DNA of 57,833 nt from Bacillota bacterium (lineage in GTDB: Bacteria; Bacillota; Limnochordia; Darwinibacteriales; Darwinibacteriaceae), in the NCBI GenBank assembly GCA_012520315.1, contig JAAYOM010000113.1, positions 1-57,833 of the forward strand. Direction: 5' to 3'. Numbering within the stretch: position 1 is the stretch's first letter; each line of letters begins with the position of its first letter. Position numbers and translations under genes: made by a program. Positions 54,133 through 57,833 of this stretch are shown piece by piece. The notes under the pieces were generated by a model, which worked only from the letters and a program-made list of their open reading frames with translations, was not told where the DNA came from and did not search any database.

Positions 54133-54159
54133 GTTGATAAGCCCCATTGTTTGAGTTCC
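54133..54159 (-). promoter_or_regulatory. Candidate ECF-sigma promoter for DUF4097-DUF6249
   Basis: Minus strand GGAACT-N16-TCAAC, resembling RpoE-type GGAACTT...TCAAA. Confidence 0.4.
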
Positions 54160-54281
54160 AGAAAAAGTCACATTATCCTGTTATTAGAAATAATTTTAGG
54201 CCAATTTTTCCAAATAGAGAGGGAAAGAAATGCAGGTGTAGAATCACAAAAGGGCAGAGATTTCTAAAGGGAGGCGATTTT

Positions 54282-55796
54282 TTGAGAGCAAGATTGAGAA
54301 GTTCTTGGTTGGTATTGGTACTGGCGTTTGTGACATTGTTGGCTGCCAGCATACCAAGCTTGGCTGCAGAGATCATCATTTTACACACAAATGATGTTCA
54401 CTCCCGTGTTGAATCTCATGTCCCCGAAGGGGCTGAGGAAGAACAGGGCGGCCGGGTCAGGCTGGCAACTATGGTGGAAGAAATCAGAGCTGAGTATGGC
54501 AAGGACAAAGTGCTTTTGCTGGATGCCGGCGACTCTATCCATGGCATGAACATTGATAATCTGTTTGGCGGTCTTCCGTCCATCGAGATTATGAATGCCA
54601 TGGGCTACGATGCCTTCACCCCTGGCAACCATGAGTTCAACTATGGCCAGGAAGTTCTAAAAGAGCGTATTGCCGACGCAAAGTTCCCGACACTAGCCGC
54701 AAATGTAAGCGAGAATGGCTCGCTGTTTGCCGGTTACAGCGCCCTAATTAAAGAAGTTAATGGCCTCAAGGTTGGCATCATCGGTCTCGTTGCTGAAGAG
54801 ACGCCGATTGTAACCCACCCGAAAAATGTAGAAGGCCTCACCTTCCATGACCCCATTGCCATCGCCAAACAGACTGTGGGAGTGCTTAGACCCGAAGTGG
54901 ATATTCTGATCGCCCTAAGTCATCTCGGCCACAGCAAGGATCTAGAACTGGCCCAGGCAGTTCCTGAGCTGGATGTCATTGTGGGCGGACACAGCCATAC
55001 CCGAGTTGAGATTGCTAAAGAGGTCAACGGCGTGATCATTGTGCAGGCCCATGAATATGCCAATGAGCTTGGCTTTTTGCATCTTGAGGTTGAAGGTCAA
55101 GAAATCGTGTCCTATAACGGATTCTTGATTCCTGTGACAAATGATGTTCCGAAACATCGTGGGGTGCAAGCCATCATCGATTACTGGAATGCGCAGCTGC
55201 AGGCACGCCTGGATCAAGTTGTGGGAACCAGTGATGTAAGCTGGAATGGTGAGCGGGCATTTGTTCGCACTCAGGAGACCAATCTCGGCAATCTGGTCGC
55301 AGATGTGATCAGAAAGACCGTCGACGCCGATGTTGCTGTAACCAACGGCGGAGGAATCCGGGCCAGCATTCATCCAGGCGACATTCGTGTTGCCGACGTC
55401 TACAATGTTTTGCCCTTTGACAACACCCTGGTGGTTGTAGAAATGATGGGCATGGATCTTTTGGAAGCTTTAGAGCACAGTGTGGCTCTATTGCCTGAGC
55501 AAAACGGCGCATTCCTCCAAGTTTCAGGCATTAGCTATGAGGTAGACCCCAATGCACCTCCTGGAGGACGCATCATTAATGCTAAAATTGGTGACAGCAG
55601 ACTATCTATGAGCAAGTATTATACTGTAGCCACCAATGACTTTATCGCTGCCGGCGGAGACGGCTATGATACGTTCCTCAACGCCAAGCTGGTGGCAGAA
55701 ACCGGAATTATGCTCCGGGATGTTGTAGTTGACCACATTCTCGAGCTTGGAAACGTAGAAGCTCCTGAAGATGGCAGGATTATCATCTTAGACTAA
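54282..55796 (+). CDS. Secreted 5'-nucleotidase / UDP-sugar hydrolase family metallophosphoesterase
   Basis: HTNDVH, LDAGD, GNHEF, GGHSH, NGGGIR, GGDGY; Sec signal peptide. TTG 54282 follows GGGAGG. Confidence 0.93.
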   Translation: MRARLRSSWLVLVLAFVTLLAASIPSLAAEIIILHTNDVHSRVESHVPEGAEEEQGGRVRLATMVEEIRAEYGKDKVLLLDAGDSIHGMNIDNLFGGLPSIEIMNAMGYDAFTPGNHEFNYGQEVLKERIADAKFPTLAANVSENGSLFAGYSALIKEVNGLKVGIIGLVAEETPIVTHPKNVEGLTFHDPIAIAKQTVGVLRPEVDILIALSHLGHSKDLELAQAVPELDVIVGGHSHTRVEIAKEVNGVIIVQAHEYANELGFLHLEVEGQEIVSYNGFLIPVTNDVPKHRGVQAIIDYWNAQLQARLDQVVGTSDVSWNGERAFVRTQETNLGNLVADVIRKTVDADVAVTNGGGIRASIHPGDIRVADVYNVLPFDNTLVVVEMMGMDLLEALEHSVALLPEQNGAFLQVSGISYEVDPNAPPGGRIINAKIGDSRLSMSKYYTVATNDFIAAGGDGYDTFLNAKLVAETGIMLRDVVVDHILELGNVEAPEDGRIIILD

Positions 55797-55818
55797 ACGA
55801 TCAACATTCACGAAGCTT

Positions 55819-55850
55819 AAAAAGAGCTGCCCTAGGGCAGCTCTTTTTTT
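55819..55850. terminator. Bidirectional-type intrinsic terminator
   Basis: Perfect 30-bp palindrome AAAAAGAGCTGCCCTAGGGCAGCTCTTTTT. Confidence 0.88.
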
Positions 55851-55921
55851 GGCAACTGCCAAGGGCTGCCGCATGTTCTAGGCTGATTGTGTTAAAATCA
55901 GGGTATGAAAGGTGGAGACTG

Positions 55922-56551
55922 ATGAGGAAAATAACGGTAGAGTTTTTTCACGATGTAATTTGCAGCTTCTGTTTTCCCATGTCCTACAGAATGCGGGAGC
56001 TGGTTAAGGTGATGCCTGAGGTTGAGGTTATCCACCGTTCCTTTGCGTTAGTTCGTGAAGGGGGAGAGTTTGACAAGATGTTTGGTTCTAGAGAAGCCGC
56101 CAAAGAGGAGGTTTTGGGCCATTGGGCGCAGGCGAATGAAAACGATGACCTGCACCGCTTTAACATTCAGGGGATGCGTGAAGCGGATTTTCCCTTCCCC
56201 ACCTCCATGAAGGGGCTTCTGGCCTGTAAGGCAGCCTTTTTCACAGGCGGAGAGGGCGCCTATTGGGATATCTTCGACGCCCTGCAAACTGCGTTTTTTG
56301 TTCACAGCCGCAATATTGGCGATCAGGCCGTAATCGGCGAGATCATCAGGGAAACGGGCCTGGATTTTGAAAACTGGCAGAGTCACTACCAAGATCCTAA
56401 GACCATGGAAGCGGTGGGAAGTGATTTTCTCTTGGTCAAGCAATACGGGATCACAGTTGTCCCTACCCTGATCATTAACGGCAAGCATCGTGTGGTTGGA
56501 ACACTGCCCCTTGCCCGCGTCATTAGTTCAATCGAAAAGGCGATGGAGTAA
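55922..56551 (+). CDS. DsbA/FrnE-like thioredoxin-fold protein
   Basis: DVICSFC CxxC, GITVVPTLIING cis-Pro loop. Confidence 0.85.
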   Translation: MRKITVEFFHDVICSFCFPMSYRMRELVKVMPEVEVIHRSFALVREGGEFDKMFGSREAAKEEVLGHWAQANENDDLHRFNIQGMREADFPFPTSMKGLLACKAAFFTGGEGAYWDIFDALQTAFFVHSRNIGDQAVIGEIIRETGLDFENWQSHYQDPKTMEAVGSDFLLVKQYGITVVPTLIINGKHRVVGTLPLARVISSIEKAME

Positions 56552-56556
56552 GCTTG

Positions 56557-56925
56557 TTACTCTTTCACAGTTGATAGACAGAAGGGGTGTCCGGCAGGAT
56601 CAAAAAGTACAGTGGAGGTGTCATAGTACTGCACATCTGCAACCCGTGCCCCGCAACTCACTGCGTGTTCTACAGCGTCTTTGAGATTGTCGACATAGAA
56701 GTCAATATGGGCCATCTGCTGCTGTTTCCCATTTTCCCAGGGCCAGATAGGGGGCTCATAGTTCCCCACGGTCTGAAAAACTAGGAGGATCCCTTCTGGG
56801 GTGCGCAGGGCCGCCCAAGCATCACTTGAGATCACCTTTTCCCAGCCTGAGAGCTTAACGTAAAAGTCTGCCAGTTCGTTGGCGTTGGGGCAGTCGAAGG
56901 CAATCCCGATGATTGATTTGATCAT
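56557..56925 (-). CDS. VOC/glyoxalase-family protein
   Basis: IAFDCPNANELADFY, QMAHIDF, LFDPAGHPFCL. Confidence 0.88.
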   Translation of the reverse strand: MIKSIIGIAFDCPNANELADFYVKLSGWEKVISSDAWAALRTPEGILLVFQTVGNYEPPIWPWENGKQQQMAHIDFYVDNLKDAVEHAVSCGARVADVQYYDTSTVLFDPAGHPFCLSTVKE

Positions 56926-57058
56926 TTGATCCTCTCCTTAGACGGATTCTGCAGTTCATTAACTTCAGAGTACAATAAATCACTGTAGGTCTCAATCTCT
57001 AAGGGGTTCCTTTTTCTTTGGGGCAGATTACTAGGCAGCGTAGATAGGAGAATGTGGT

Positions 57059-57556
57059 TTGAAAAGACTCATTATGATTAACGGCACAATGGGGGTTGGG
57101 AAAACCGCAGCAAGCAAAGAACTGTTAGCCCTGCTTCCCAACTGTGCATTCCTGGATGGTGATTGGTGCTGGGACATGAATCCTTTTGTAGTAAATAGTG
57201 AGACCAAGAATATGGTCGTGGATAATATCGTCTATGTCCTAAACAACTTTCTCAAGTGTTCGGTATATGAGAACATAGTTTTTTGCTGGGTGATGCATGA
57301 GGAGTATATTATGGATCAGATTCTATCTAGGCTGAACCTCATGGATGCTGTGGTGCACAAGATCTCGTTAGTCTGCTCCGAACAGGCACTGACAAAGAGG
57401 CTGTCAGGAGACGTTGAGCGGGGAATCAGAACAGCAGACATAATTGCCCGGAGTGTGTCCAGACTCAGAAACTATGCATCGATGGATACAATCAAGATCG
57501 ATGTATCAAAAATAACTGCAAATGAAGCCGCACAGCAGATCCTAATGCAGATCTGA
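57059..57556 (+). CDS. P-loop nucleotide-kinase-like protein (AAA_33-type)
   Basis: NGTMGVGKT, LDGDWCW, LTKRL lid; RBS AGGAG. Confidence 0.8.
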   Translation: MKRLIMINGTMGVGKTAASKELLALLPNCAFLDGDWCWDMNPFVVNSETKNMVVDNIVYVLNNFLKCSVYENIVFCWVMHEEYIMDQILSRLNLMDAVVHKISLVCSEQALTKRLSGDVERGIRTADIIARSVSRLRNYASMDTIKIDVSKITANEAAQQILMQI

Positions 57557-57675
57557 AGTTGCAAGCAGCGGGCGGGCTCTCCGGCATAGGCTGAATTTAC
57601 ACAGGATCGGAAACAACCTTCATTGTTTAAGAGGGGAAATGAGAAAAATCCGTTTCATTTAGAGTTGCATTTCTC

Positions 57676-57701
57676 AGACACAGTCCTTAGACACAGTCCT
57701 T
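57676..57701. repeat. 13-bp tandem direct repeat, two copies
   Basis: AGACACAGTCCTT-AGACACAGTCCTT. Confidence 0.85.
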
Positions 57702-57714
57702 GGTGCTTTTTTTC

Positions 57715-57743
57715 TTGACACACCGGCCGTGGGGGAATATAAT
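57715..57743 (+). promoter_or_regulatory. Consensus sigmaA promoter of tRNA-Lys
   Basis: TTGACA-N17-TATAAT, perfect. Confidence 0.92.
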
Positions 57744-57756
57744 TATTCTGTGGTGT

Positions 57757-57832
57757 GGGCCATTAGCTCAGTTGGTAGAGCACCTGACTCTTAATCAGGG
57801 CGTCCTGGGTTCGAATCCCCGATGGCCCACCA
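57757..57832 (+). tRNA. tRNA-Lys (anticodon CTT)
   Basis: GGGCCAT/ATGGCCC acceptor, CCTGA-CT-CTT-AA-TCAGG anticodon arm, GGTTCGAATCC, encoded CCA. Confidence 0.96.
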
Positions 57833-57833
57833 T

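Noticed and set aside
57676-57701. CRISPR array
   Set aside because: Only two adjacent 13-bp copies, no spacers, no cas genes.

Overview
Origin-proximal, mostly + strand (probably leading-strand) chromosomal segment of a Bacillota (Firmicutes) bacterium that carries sporulation genes. A clostridia/Limnochordia-like placement is inferred from gene content only. Gene order: mnmG(partial)-rsmG-noc-soj-spo0J with three parS sites, yyaC, a YkvI-like membrane protein, a TPR protein, a DnaA-box cluster, gcvT-H-PA-PB, a PrsA-like foldase, DUF951, a PRK06851-like NTPase, queT, ychF-rpsF-ssb-rpsR-yybS-rplI-lonC, mgtE, galT-galK, ridA-ddl-ABC-F, a DnaD-like gene coupled to a divergent DnaB-family helicase and a 66-aa orphan, rsmA-ykuK-veg, spore coat/cortex genes, ispE, an orphan nucleotidyltransferase, purR, a C-terminally truncated glmU, prs-rplY-pth-mfd-spoVT, a flippase, mazG/hup, a SpoIID-like gene, yabP-yabQ-divIC-yabR, DUF501-ppx, tRNA-Leu(TAA), a small accessory block and tRNA-Lys(CTT). 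No CRISPR array, rRNA, transposase or integrase was seen. Most interesting: (1) the DnaD-like / divergent helicase / 66-aa module; (2) an unannotated 31-aa ORF coupled to galT; (3) a structured, uORF-containing mgtE leader that is not an M-box; (4) GlmU lacking most of its acetyltransferase domain; (5) a 46-bp perfect palindrome that is both a parS site and a probable terminator. All product calls come from motif recognition by eye; no database search was run.
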